Source: the human T2T-CHM13v2.0 reference genome, Homo sapiens. From it: 64,000 nucleotides of DNA. Shown piece after piece: positions 40,165 to 52,440 of the stretch. Position 1 is the stretch's first letter, and every line of letters starts with the position of its first letter. The stretch is taken from assembly GCF_009914755.1 (NCBI RefSeq), contig NC_060936.1, one strand, 5' to 3'. The position numbers were made by a program, and so were the translations under genes. Below the pieces are notes generated by a model. It did no database searches. It saw only the letters and a program-made list of their open reading frames with translations, and was not told where the DNA came from.

Positions 40165-40860
40165 CAAATTCCAGAGCATCAGTCCCTTCTGAGGCTCCTC
40201 CTATCCCTCTGCCCATTACATTTTAGTTTCCTTTGTCAGTTCCTTTCTCTCTATAGAACCTTGAAGGGGTGTAGCTCCTAAGGGCATGGTCCTGGGCCCT
40301 TTCTCTGTAGGAAGTGACATATGAACTGAAACTGGAAGGGTAGGCAAGAGTCAGTCTAATAAAATGTTTGGCAATAATTTCATCCACTCCTGTGACATCA
40401 AATACCATCCATAGATGGTCATTTCTAAATTATCTCAAGAAGTCCAAGAGGATTTCCATACATCTCCTTTCCCCTTGCTCTACAAACACAGTTCATTGAC
40501 AAACTCTATAGAGTCTTCTGCCATAATATAGCAGAATCACTTTTGGCCCTCTGTATGCACGGATTGATTCTTCTGGAACATTCTGTCACTCACCTCTTGC
40601 CAGGCTGACGTCTACAGTTGTATCGTCGTCAGCGTGAGCATCACTTCCTCCAGGCACGCTCTGCTCTAGCACTCTATACTTCGTTCCATTACCAAATCAA
40701 ATGAACTGGTTTTCTTATGTTCCTTCCTGGGTTAGAATGCAAGCTTCTAGAAAAGAGGAACGATGTCCTATTTATCTTTACAAGTTCGGTGCCCAGCACA
40801 CCAGTCACCCAGCTGGTACTCTATGAAAATAACTTGTTGAATGATTGAATAAATGGATAC
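40165..40860 (+). mobile_element. L2 fragments with 3' end
   Basis: catcacttcctccagg, gtgcccagcac, ttgttgaatgattgaataaatg. Confidence 0.65.
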
Positions 40861-42254
40861 AAGTAATTGAACAACTAAGATAATGCAAAGAGTAAAGCAT
40901 TTCCCAGACATAAAGAATAAAGCAGTATGATGTATTTAGTGAACTCCAAATGGTTAAAAATTGCTAAAACGTGGAGTGTGCTGCTGTGTTAGGATGGGGA
41001 GAACAGTGGGAAATGAAGCTGGTGAGGTGAGGATGAAGTGGATGGGCTGTACTCCATGCTAAAGTGTGTCGTAAATGTGTTCACTTACTAATAGATTTTG
41101 AACAGAATGCTGCTTCTGTCTTAGATGGGGTGTCCTCTTATTTTTCAGTGAGAAATAGAACAGGCAATCTACTTTCAGTTTCTTTATTCCTATGTAAATC
41201 TATTTGCTCCCCTGAATTTGTGCTGCAGAATTTATTCATCTGTGTCATGTCAACGATTTTCTCTTTCTTTGTCACTAAGTAATTGGAAGGGTTAGGCTGT
41301 GCAGATGTCTCATGTTCTCTTACTGTCCATGAGATCACTGGAGAGATTGAAAAGCTTGTGACATATTTATCAGCCATTTTAAATTTTTTGTGTTGCTTTT
41401 TCTAAATCTGTTCAGTTTTTTAATCTCTATGCTTATTATTCATTATTGCTTATCCAGAGCTCTTTATATATTAAGAGGGAAAAATTAACTTTTCAAAATA
41501 TTGTCATTAAATGTGATTAAATTATTTCTACTGTTTAGAATCCCTGCTCAATTTGCAATTTTGCATGTAAATGTCTACTATCACCAAGAAAACTGTTCTA
41601 GGAACAGACAGCTTATTTGGGACAATGGCATTACATTTTGTTCTGGTAATACCAGGACTGTATTTTTCTTTTACGTTTTTTCTAAAAATGCCTGGGTATA
41701 TGCAAATGTAATCAGAAGGGCTGAATACTAAAACCATCAGCATAGTTCTCTTATTACTTGATTCTGCACACCATTATACTTTTTTTAAAGAAAAATATTG
41801 AGCTCTAAAATCAAATTTTAAGCTGTGGAATTCTTCCCAATAGCTTTGTTATTTAGAATAGCAATGCTTAGAAAATAACATGCAATGAATAATCATAAAA
41901 ATTGTATTCTAGTTTTTATACTGTTTCTACTTTTCTTTTAAAATTGTCCCTTGCTGATGGCATACATCACTTATTAGAATGATAACCAAGAAAATAATCC
42001 TGTAAAATGAACTAGCGAAATCAAGATAATGTAGATTACAACAGCATTCTCTCTCATTCTTTTTTTAGGAATGTGTAATGAGCAGAAATAATGTGGACTG
42101 TGACTTGGGCTCCTTTTATCTTTACATTTTTTTCAAAGAGGCAATCTTACCAACTGATTTACAGAACTCATTTTTCCCAAAGTGTTTAATTTTTTTGTAC
42201 AGCTATTAAATGTATGCCTATAAATTAAATATTTAAATAATGGTAGTAGTAAAA

Positions 42255-42316
42255 AAAGTGCTGGGATTACAGGCCTAAGCCACTGCACCTAGCCAAGGAA
42301 CATTTGATTTTTAAAT
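42255..42316 (+). repeat. 62-bp diverged copy of the Alu 5'-end/flank junction at 43917-43978
   Basis: Ungapped alignment with 7 mismatches by manual count, including about 20 nt of non-Alu flank. Confidence 0.85.
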
Positions 42317-42343
42317 GGCTATACATATATATTTGACAATGAC

Positions 42344-42413
42344 TATATATATATACCCACACCCACACATACACATATATGTACATATATATACATATAT
42401 GTGTATATATATA
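42344..42413. repeat. TA/CA-rich simple repeat
   Basis: tatatatatatacccacacccacacatacacatatatgtacatatatat. Confidence 0.85.
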
Positions 42414-43660
42414 ATTTTAGTGACTTTGAACTTGTGAAATCTCAATGTGAATAGGATAGAATAAGTCATGGAAAGCTGAAAGGTCAAGTTAAAAGAATCC
42501 AAAGGACAAAGATACATGAACTCTAGGCTTCAGGTGCAAATTTGCATTAATTTTCCCTTAAAAGGGAGCATATGTACACTCTGCTGTCAATTTCCTATCT
42601 GTGGGCTTGGTTGCTATCTCACAGGTTGACTCCAGGTCAAATGTGTGAACGTCTAGAAAAATATTAAAGCCAGTCAAAAGTTAACTTTATACTACCATTA
42701 TTTAAATATTTAGTTTATAGGCATGCATTTGAAATCTGTACAAAAAATTAAACACTTTGGGAAAAAATGAGTTCTATAAATCTAAGGCACAGCTGTTCCC
42801 CAATCATCCCATTTCTCAGGAAGGAATGAGATGTGGGATTTTTGTGCTATGGATTAGGCCCAAAGTTTCTTTCTGGCTCTTTCTGGAAAGTCTCAGGTGG
42901 GGTATCACTTGAGCTTCTTTAGCAGGTCAGTTTTTCCTGTGTATCCTGCCTTCTTCCCAACCTTACAAAGTCCTGTGAGTGCAAGAAGAATATAACAAGC
43001 AATACATAGTTGCATAATTATATTTTATTTTAAAAATTTGTGCCCTTCTCAAAGGGAATGGAGAAATGACCAGGGACACATATGTTCTCTGTTAGGCTAA
43101 GAAAACACTCCTAGAACATGCTGACTGCCTGGCAAATTGCTCACTGGTGAAGCTAAATTCTCTGATATGTATAAAAATCTCCCTGGTTACTTAGTTGAAG
43201 ATGGGGAGTTTGGCAGGACTTTGTCATAATTACAAATTAACTTTTGCGATTTGATAAGTGAGAAGATAAAAGAAGATAATTTCTCCCAGTCTTTACCATA
43301 GTGAAAGTCAAAATCTTAGGCCCAAGTTTTATCTTCTATAAATGTTAATGCAGACATAAGGAAAACAAACAAATAAACATAGAAATCACAACTTGAGATG
43401 CACTTTGCTTAAAATAAGAAACCCAAATGGCATAGGATGGGCAGTATTAGGTTTAGATACAGATGGTCAGATGGCAATAACTTCAATGTTTGTAAAAAGA
43501 AAGAATGTAATGATCATTAATTAATTCATATTCTACATTTTCAATGATAAAAGTGATTTTCTCTGTGTTTCACTCTGTTCTAAAATATTGTAATTATTTT
43601 CCTGGAAGCATATACAAAGCAAAATCTGTTTGAAAGAGAAATTTTCCAAGTAATATTTGA

Positions 43661-43966
<306 letters not shown>

Positions 43967-44134
43967 TGATTTTGAAATAACAATTAAACCTATCAAATTA
44001 AATGATCATTAAGAAATGTTTGTTGTTTGTTTTATAATTTAAGGATGAATGTATCAATTCGAGAAATAGATCCACTGTAATGTGAGGCATGGCACTAAGC
44101 ACCTTAGGGGATACAACAGTGAACACAAGGAATT

Positions 44135-44360
44135 TCTTACATTGTATTGCATTTGGGCGTTACTGTGCACTGTAATATTTGTTATTCATTTTGATCTTTT
44201 TAACCCCCCTGAGAGGTACACCTCTCAGGCATCATTAACATCATTCTTGGACACAGAGGAGGAAACGAGACCATAGAGGATAATTGCCCTGCCCAAAGTC
44301 AAACAGCTAGTGTTGCTGGGGCTCCGGGGTCCAGGCTAGCTTATGTTCACTACCTAATGT
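44135..44360 (-). mobile_element. MIR nested in an antisense L2 tail
   Basis: acagaggaggaaacgaga...tgcccaaagtcaaacagctag. Confidence 0.7.
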
Positions 44361-44869
44361 CCACTACCCCTTCCATCTCTGGCCCTCAAGTGGTTTCACA
44401 TCCAAACATGAAGATAGGTATGTTCGTAAAACCTATGCCACAGGGCACAGTGTCTTATGTGAATTTAGAATGTTGCTAAGAGTTTCTATGAGGACCCTGA
44501 GGAAAGAAAGATCACTTCAGGCCGAAATGGAGATCTTTAAGATGGGCCTTAAAGATGGTTTAAATGGCAAAGATTTAGCATTTTAGCCAGTGGAAATGGT
44601 GTGAAACAAGAGCATCAGTTTGTGAAAATTGTGGGGATAATTGATAAAAATGTTTGTACTGGATTTGTGAGAGAATAGGATGGCACTGAGTAATTCTTCT
44701 TACAAGCCTCAAATTTTAATTATTAGATTCAGCAGACATAAAAGTACTCAGTTAAAATGCTAGACAAGTTTCTAAATGCTCTTAATTTTTTACTGCATAT
44801 ATGTAAGGTGAGAAACATAGTGTTTTGATATGCATAGTGAAATAGCCACTGACTATTTTTGAGATAGCT

Positions 44870-45080
44870 TCTTGTTCATGCAATGAGACTCAGCCTGCCG
44901 GGGTTCAAACCCCAGTTTTGCCATTTATAAATTGTTTACTCCTGGGCTTTACCTAACCCTCAGTTTCTCATCAATAAAATGAGTATAACAAGAGTTACTA
45001 CTTCAAAGAGTTGTGAGGATTTAAAAGAGTAGAGTGCACATGCCTGGAACATAGCACCTAAAACTAATTCTTATTAGTAA
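44870..45080 (+). mobile_element. MIR
   Basis: gggttcaaacccag...cctcagtttctcatcaataaaatgag...gttgtgaggatt. Confidence 0.8.
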
Positions 45081-45599
45081 TAGAAATGACATGATCGGAG
45101 GTGTGCTTTAGGAAGGTTGTGATGGTATAGACTGAAAACTGGAGGCTGGTGGGGATGCCTAAAAGAGGAGAGTCAAGTTGGAGTTCAAAGAGGTTTGGAG
45201 CCTTAGCAAGTAAGGGTCCAACTGAGGGGCTAACTTGGGGTACCAGCAGTTGGAATGTCAGGTGTCAGATATTTTAAAAACCTTTAACAGGTGAGAAGAA
45301 AAGTGTGAAAGGTGCGTTTTTTAATTGTCCAAAAATTAAAGCTTGTCTCTTTTTTTTAGTGGGCTAGCTTTAAAAAGTTTGATGACCAAATTTGTAATGG
45401 TTCGTTCCAGTCCAAAAATCCTATAAATACGCCAGATAATTCTAGCCTTTGCACCTGTTCAAACAGCAACAAAGATAAAATGAACCAGAGGAAAGACCAA
45501 CCCCTTCCTTTCCTTAATGAGGCCTCATTGATTTTTGCAAACAAATGAAAGGCAATAAATTGCCCCAAATGCCTCTTTTTTCAAAGCCAGCAGGCTACG

Positions 45600-45750
45600 T
45601 TACTGACCTGGGTGTTCCCAGAAGACTCAAGGCGTAAGGCCCCACAGCTGGACCATAAAATGTTTTTGCAGCTCTTAAGATATTCCTTAAGTCCCTTTGT
45701 TCCCCGCCCCCCCAAAGAGCTTCGGGAGTTTCGGAATATATCCCATTGGT
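45600..45750. promoter_or_regulatory. candidate cis-regulatory cluster
   Basis: GAS TTCCCAGAA 45615-45623, GC box CCCCGCCCCC 45702-45711, ATTGG 45745-45749, several retained CpGs. Motif evidence only. Confidence 0.3.
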
Positions 45751-45786
45751 CCCAAGACTAACTTTTTTTATTTGTTTGCTTCACAG

Positions 45787-45892
45787 GTCAGTGACCAAAA
45801 CCTCTAAAAATTCACAAAGAAGCTCATGAGGAGGTCCGAGGCTGCCCAAAAGGCATTTGGTCTCTGGCCCAGGAGCTCAGGACAGACCTAAG
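45787..45892 (+). other. candidate non-coding exon / RS-exon
   Basis: Branch-point-like gactaac, then tttttttatttgtttgcttcacag|gtcagt; downstream weak donor aag|gtttga. Confidence 0.3.
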
Positions 45893-46020
45893 GTTTGAGT
45901 GAAATCTGGGCTGGAGTAAACCTTAGCAACCTGTCATTACCTACAGGGCAATAAGCTGGCTCCCTTCCAGTGGCTTCTGTTTTGTATGTTCATCTCTGCC
46001 CAGAGCTCTGTCATCTAGTG

Positions 46021-46332
46021 TTGCACTGTTCGTTATGGGAACCATGAGCCAAAACTGACTGCTGAGTATTTGAAATGGGACTAACACTGAGATGTGCTGT
46101 CGATGTGAAATACACACCAGATTTCAAAGACTTAGTATGGAAAAAAAAAGAAAAAAAAAACCTCATTAATATTTGTTATGTTGATTGCATTTTGAAATGA
46201 TAATATTTTGGATATAGTAGGTTAAAATATTATTAAAATTAATTTTACTGTTTTCTTTTTACTTTTTTGCTTGTGGCCACTAAACATCTTCAAGTTACAT
46301 GTAGCTCACATTGTATTTCTATTGGAAAGGCC
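46021..46332. mobile_element. MER33 (hAT-Charlie)
   Basis: ctgagatgtgctgt..tgtgaaatacacaccagatttcaaagacttagta...tagctcacattgtatttctattgga. Confidence 0.85.
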
Positions 46333-46639
46333 ATTTTAATAGAATTATGCCCTTAGTTTCCCAGATTCTCCCAATAAGTTCAAAGCATTCAGTAACGCAG
46401 GAACATTTTGTTGAACACCCTGTGATTAGACATATAACCCTGTTGTTCATAGGATCTGATTGTATCATTTCTATTTACATTTGTCCTACAATTTGCAATT
46501 GTCTTGCAAATCTAATGCCGGTGCAAGATGATTTCCATTTTATCCTAATAAAACCTCAATTTAGGTATAGAATGAACAAATAAATGCAGATGGGGAAAAG
46601 GAAGGAAAGATGCACTGTGTTGGGAAATTTCTGCTCAAA

Positions 46640-46790
46640 ACACCTCTTCAGAGTGTGTATTATTTTCTCTGTTTTTACAGAGAGGAATAATGGCTCAGAG
46701 AGGTTAAGTAACTGTCTAAAAGTAATACAGCTCTTACCTATCAGAGGATTCAAAAGGCCTAACAAACTCCAAAGCAGAAACTCTTTCTCA
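46640..46790 (-). mobile_element. MIR
   Basis: tttacagagaggaataatggctcagagaggttaagtaact. Confidence 0.8.
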
Positions 46791-47589
46791 AAATCTCAAT
46801 GCTCCTCTGTTACTGACAAATTTGAGAAAATTAAATTGTAGCAATCAATTTTGGAGATCGTTCTTTTCTTTGTTTTTAATGTATACTTTAATAAGTATAA
46901 AGAATATAAACAAGTAAACCTGTGGAGAAGCTGACAAAAATACATAAATTAGGATTTACACTGCTCTAATGTAAAAAAATATAAATTTTCTATTTTTTTG
47001 CAGAATATTTATTAATGTGGTTTAATGTACAATTTCTTGTTTGTCATTTGGAAGTCACTTATTATAAAGACAATTTTTTTGTCTTATGACAAACAGCAGT
47101 CCACATTGGATAAATTTGATTTCTTCTTGAGACATAAATTTCTTCTGAGGTAGTGTTTTTATTATTTCTGCAGTGTCTGGCAGACCCTGATGTGTAAGCA
47201 AAGCTGGTGATTTGCTTTTCTTAGAATCTGTGAAATTGAAGAGGAGTGAGATAATAGTCCTGCTGATCTCAAAGCTTCTGATGTATTGGGCTTAGAATGG
47301 TCTCTCTGTCAGGGAACCTTATTAATGGAGTATGTAATTTAAGTACCTGAACCATCCTGCTGGCAGTTGCCATTTTGCTAGTCATCATAACGCCTGAGAA
47401 GCTCGAGATACTTCTATTAATCACAAATGTCCATATTTAAGATTTATGCTTGTAATGGCATTTATTTGTCAGATTATATTAACATTGATTAAAGTATATA
47501 GAATGAACTTTATTCATGAGAGCTTTTATTTATAGAGACCATAATAGACTTTATTCTAGGAGATTGATACATATTCCATGCACCCTCTT

Positions 47590-47720
47590 CTTTCTCTTCT
47601 GGTTGTGTGACCTTAAATAGACATTCCTGCAAAGTGGAGTTAAAGATACTTATCTCATAGGGATACTGGCCTAAGAGAAAGCTGCATGGGAGAAAGTGCT
47701 TTGCAAAATGTAAGCATGCC
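47590..47720 (+). mobile_element. MIR fragment
   Basis: tgtgtgacctt...atctcataggg...gagaaagtgctttgcaaa. Confidence 0.65.
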
Positions 47721-48689
47721 AGAGTTCCTCCCCACACCCTCCTCCCACCCCTAGAATGGGCATAAGATAATGATTTCACTTTGTTCTGCCATACATTTAT
47801 ACTATATTTCCAGGCATTTGGGACCACATTTCCTCTCTGTGAATAAGATACAATATGAAAAAGCCAGAAATTATAAGGACCTTTTGGGTCACATAGTTCA
47901 TTGCTCTCTGAACACAGATCACTCTTTGGGAACCGCAGACTAGTTTCATTAAGTTTCTCTTTAATAATCCATTTCAGCCTCTTTGATGTTTTTACTTAGC
48001 AAGCTTTTACCTAAGCTAACCTAAATTTTTCCCATTAATAACTCTGGATGAGAATGGGAAAGATATTGGAAGACTATTGTCAACTTGTAGCTTTCTTTTC
48101 TCTACACTAAGTAGTCCTTTGACCTTTACTCTCTTTTCTTCATATGCACTTCATAAAACCCATTTACATGAATTTTCACTTAGCTGGTTCTTGGTAATTA
48201 AGTATGTACAGATTATGGTTGTAGATAAAGTGATGTGTTGCTGCTGTTATTCTAGAAAGATTTCCTCTAAAGACAGTATATGTTTCCTTGTTTAAGCTAG
48301 ACTACAGGAGAATAATTTAAGGAATTTGGGGATAATAATCAATGGTTTTTTGTTTGTTGCTGTTGACTTGGTTAGTTTCTCATTTTAACATTTAAGACTA
48401 AAAGTAGGATAAAGGATGGTGGAGCAGGAGGGCCAACAGAAAACATGCCATTTGTTGCTCAGGACGTGACACAAAGTCAATGCAGTGCACAGGTAGTGGG
48501 GAAACTAAGCTGAAGCAATCAAAGTGTTGCATTAGGTCGCTTAGGCTATGAGGGCTTCACTCATGCAAACTGACCCTCACTACTGAAGTTGGAGGCATTA
48601 CTAGAGTGAAGTGTCAATAACCAGAGAACAAAATGGAGGGAAAAATGGAGGAAAAATAGTGAAATGCCTTTTGCTATTTATCTCTAGAA

Positions 48690-49575
48690 CCCACTGTCAA
48701 AACACAGTTCCTGTTCTTTCATTTCCATTTGTTTAGAGATTGTAGGTCATAAGGGAGGAATGTTCCCACCAGGGGACACAGCAATGGTTCCATTGAACAG
48801 GAAGTTGAGATGGGGAAAAGGAAGGAGTAACCAGGAGCCACCTGCTTACTCAGGGCTCCTCATGACACTGAAACAGCATGTCAAAAAATAATTATGCTTT
48901 GGCTGAGGATATTAATCCTGATTATCAAGGGAAAATTGTGTTGGTTGGACACAGTGGCACCAGGGATGAACATGCTAGAAATCTGGAAGATTCCTTGATA
49001 GGCCTCTCAGTTTTCCCATGTTCTGTGGTACAGAAATATAGGCAGAATTGTTAATGACACAAACCCTTCAAGAATAAAGATGTGGTTACCGTATCAGACA
49101 AAGAACTAGGACTGACCAAGGTACTTGGTACGTTTCAAAAGAATTTACAATAATTATGGAAGAAGGGTATTATAAATACCATCTACACCCATATGAGTTG
49201 TTTCATGAATAGGGACAATAAAAGGCATGTATGTGTATTTTTCCCCTGTTTGGCTATGAATATATTTATGTATATTATTCTTTTTTCTGCTCAATTCCCA
49301 AATAATATAAACTATTATGTGTTAATAATGATTATCCTTGTATCTCAGTATTTGACTATATGATATCGAATGCAGAGACTGAATCATCTAGAAAAGAAAT
49401 AAGCCTCACTTCAAGATGCATAAAATGATATGGGGCTTCATGTTTCATCTTTTGTGGAAGTCAATGTATCTTCAGTTGAATAAAGGATAGTTGCAAAATA
49501 TTAGGTGAAAACATAACATTACTGTCTTTATTTGAAATTCAAATATTAGTAAACAGATATATGTGGATGTTGACT
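48690..49575 (+). mobile_element. ERVL internal relic including decayed dUTPase
   Basis: Manual translation gives GGMFPPGDTAMVPLNRKLR, PPAYSGLLMTL and EDINPDYQGKIVLV (dUTPase motif III, IDxDYxGEI-like), broken by stops and indels. Confidence 0.8.
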
Positions 49576-49579
49576 TGAC

Positions 49580-50072
49580 TCAGCCACCAATTCTTCTAAG
49601 GCTGGTAACTGCATTTCTCTGAAGTTTCTTCCATGGGTGGTTCTGGCATGAAGATTGTCAATGAGAACTACTAAGAGATTTGAAAGTTTGAAATAAAGCA
49701 GAAGCCACTATTCTTGGAAAGACATGGTAGCCAGATGTAGTGTCTCTTTAGACCTCTCCACGAGCCCCACTTCGCAGCTGCAACTGCCAGGCATGCTAGC
49801 ATCACAGATCTCTCCATAAGCTCTTCTTCCACAGTCGTGACATTCAGATGTAGTGGCTTCTTGACTTTCTCAGTGACTTTGGCTTGGCCACCTCCTCTAA
49901 TGATGTAGGCTGATGTCACAAGTAATTGTTTCTCTGATGTTCTGTCTATCTGTTCTTTCTGTTGCCTATCTCTTCACACATTCACAAAATCTGTAATTAC
50001 TATATTATTTATACCACTTTATTCTCAACACATGTGATAGCTCTGTTTCCCTAACTGAACCCAGACAAAGAT
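49580..50072 (+). mobile_element. ancient ERVL-class LTR adjoining the internal relic
   Basis: Ends gctctgtttccctaactgaacccagac, resembling the reverse complement of the 4202 LTR terminus. Confidence 0.5.
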
Positions 50073-51218
50073 GGTATGTAATCAGATGATCTTTATTTTC
50101 TCTTTTTGATTCTATTTTAATTCCCATAAATCATGGGGCTTAATATTTTATTATAATTATTATGCTTATGATGCATTGATGTCATATTTGTAAATAAGTA
50201 GATACATGCAATTTTTGGTTGCTGGAACATTGACATGGAAATATTTTGAAACAGACTCACTCAAATGATGCTAACATTTAACCTCTTATGGCTCTTAGTG
50301 AGTTTATATTTTCCTTGTGTTGAAAAAATAATAACGGGCACATACCAATATTTTATGCTCACAGAATTTACTTCTTGGTAAGACGATGTTCAGTAGGTAG
50401 TAGTCCCGCTCATGGTGACACAAAACATCTAGATAAATACTGAACAAATCCACCATCATCTGAATGTTTGATTACAGATTATTGAACATATTGATGCTTT
50501 TAATATTTAGAGTTTTGATATTTTTTAGATAAAAGACAAAAATAATTCACTAAACTTTTAACTCTTTATGCAGATGTTTGTCATGGTGGCCTTACAGTTG
50601 ACTAGGAAAAACCTAAACTGCCATTTGTTTTAATTCTCACACTAGTGCACAAGAAATTGAATTCAATAGTCTAAATGCTGAGCCCTGAATTAAACAGTAG
50701 TCCTATATTTCAGACAATTTCATCAAAAACTCTTGCTGTGTTCCTGGACTCACATCAAAACTATTTTGGATTAATGCCAGTTTCATGGATTTTCATGGCA
50801 AGAGAATGACTAGTTAAAATGTAATTAAACATAAATTATTTCCCATTGCAGTTTTGCAAACTAAAGTATATTTAAGTACAAGTTGGTAATAAAACATAAA
50901 CAAATATGTTCTCAAACACAAACCTATCCCAAATCAACCAAGAAAATACTGGCTTTGCTAAATCTGCCTACTGTATCAGTTAGGATAATTTCAGTTTCAA
51001 GTGACTACATATCTAATTGAAAATGGCTTAAACAATAAAATAATTTAGTGTTTCACAAAACATGGATTCTGAAATTCTCAAAAATCAAATTATGCTAATT
51101 ATTTAGACTTGCTCAAAAAATGTGTAAGCAAAGCCTCAATGACAAACCTTTTAAACTACTCTAGAGAAATAATTTGACAATATTGCTGCAAGTTTTTATT
51201 ATAATTATCAATTATTAT

Positions 51219-51636
51219 TGATTTAGTTTGGATATTGTCCCCCCTAAATCTCATGTTGAATTATAATCCCCACTGTTGAAGATGGGGCCTGGTGGGAGGT
51301 GATTGGCTCATGGGGTTGGATTTCTCATGAACGATTACTGCCATCCCCTAGGTACTGTTCCAGTGATAGTTGAGTGCGTTCTCATGAGATCTGACTGTTT
51401 AAAAATATATGGCATATCCCCCCCGCCATTGCTCCCACTCTCGCCATGTGATGTGTATGCTCATACTTCACCTTCCTCTATGAATAAAAGCTCCCTGAGG
51501 CCTTCCCAGAATCCAAGCTAATGCCAGCACCATGTTTGTACAGCCTGCAGAACTGTGAGCCAACTAAACCTCTTTTTTTTATAAATTACTCAGCACTAGG
51601 TATTTCTCTATAGCAAAGCAAGAACAGCCTAACACA
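51219..51636 (+). mobile_element. MSTB-like solo LTR
   Basis: tgatttagtttggata...aaatctcatgttgaa...cagcctgcagaactgtgagcca...cctaacaca; exact TSD attat. Confidence 0.9.
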
Positions 51637-51996
51637 ATTATCTTACTCTAAAAATGTAAAAATGTCAGTTAATGTGGTGCTTAAGTAGTAGAATGCCATA
51701 TAAATCAACTCCATCCACAAATCTAGAATATCATTATTTCTAAAATGTTCCAGGAAAATCATAACCTTAGACTTTTGTATGCGACAGCAATGTTCCAAAT
51801 GCAAAACTGCCAAAAAATATGCTGACTTGTAAATCCAGTTTGAATGACGCACTAATATGTATAGTGTTGGAAAAACCTCATTGAATAGCTAGTAAACATC
51901 GAGACAGGTTCTAAGAAAGATGTTTATAACAATTGATATCTACATTAACATAAAAGTTGTCAAATAAACAACCTAACTTTACACTTCAAGCAACTA

Positions 51997-52043
51997 TTAG
52001 GTTGGTGCAAAAGTCGTTGCGTTTTTTTTTTTTTTGCCATTAA
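51997..52043. mobile_element. half MADE1 (Hsmar1-derived MITE)
   Basis: TA followed by ttaggttggtgcaaaagt..ttgcg(t)n gccattaa; second inverted arm absent. Confidence 0.85.
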
Positions 52044-52157
52044 TATAAATAAAAGAACAAACTAAGCCCAAAGTAAGCAGAAGGAAGAAAATAATACATG
52101 TTGGAGCAGAAAATAATGAAATTGAGAAAAGAATGACAGCAGAAAAAAATCAATGAA

Positions 52158-52440
52158 GCTGGGTGCGGTGGCTCAAGCCTGTAATCCCGGTACTTTGGGA
52201 GGCCAAGGTAGGTGGATTGCTTGAGTCCAGGAGTTCGAGACTGGCCTGGGCAACATAGGGAGACCACATTTCTATATTTTAAAAAAACCCACGAAAGAAA
52301 AAGTAAAAAATTACCTGGGCATGGTAGCAGGTGCCTGTGGTCCCAGTTACTAGAGAGGCTGAGGTGGGAGGTGGAGGTTGCAGTGAGCTGAGATCACGCC
52401 ACTGCACTCCAGCCTGGGCGACAGAGCAAGACACTGTCTT
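52158..52440 (+). mobile_element. AluJ lacking a poly(A) tail
   Basis: ggattgcttgagtccaggagttcgagac..cctgggcaacatag; short deletion in right arm; ends agcaagacactgtctt. Confidence 0.92.

Noticed and set aside
40310-40372. Short apparently antisense L2-like patch within a sense L2
   Set aside because: Too diverged to establish an inversion by eye.
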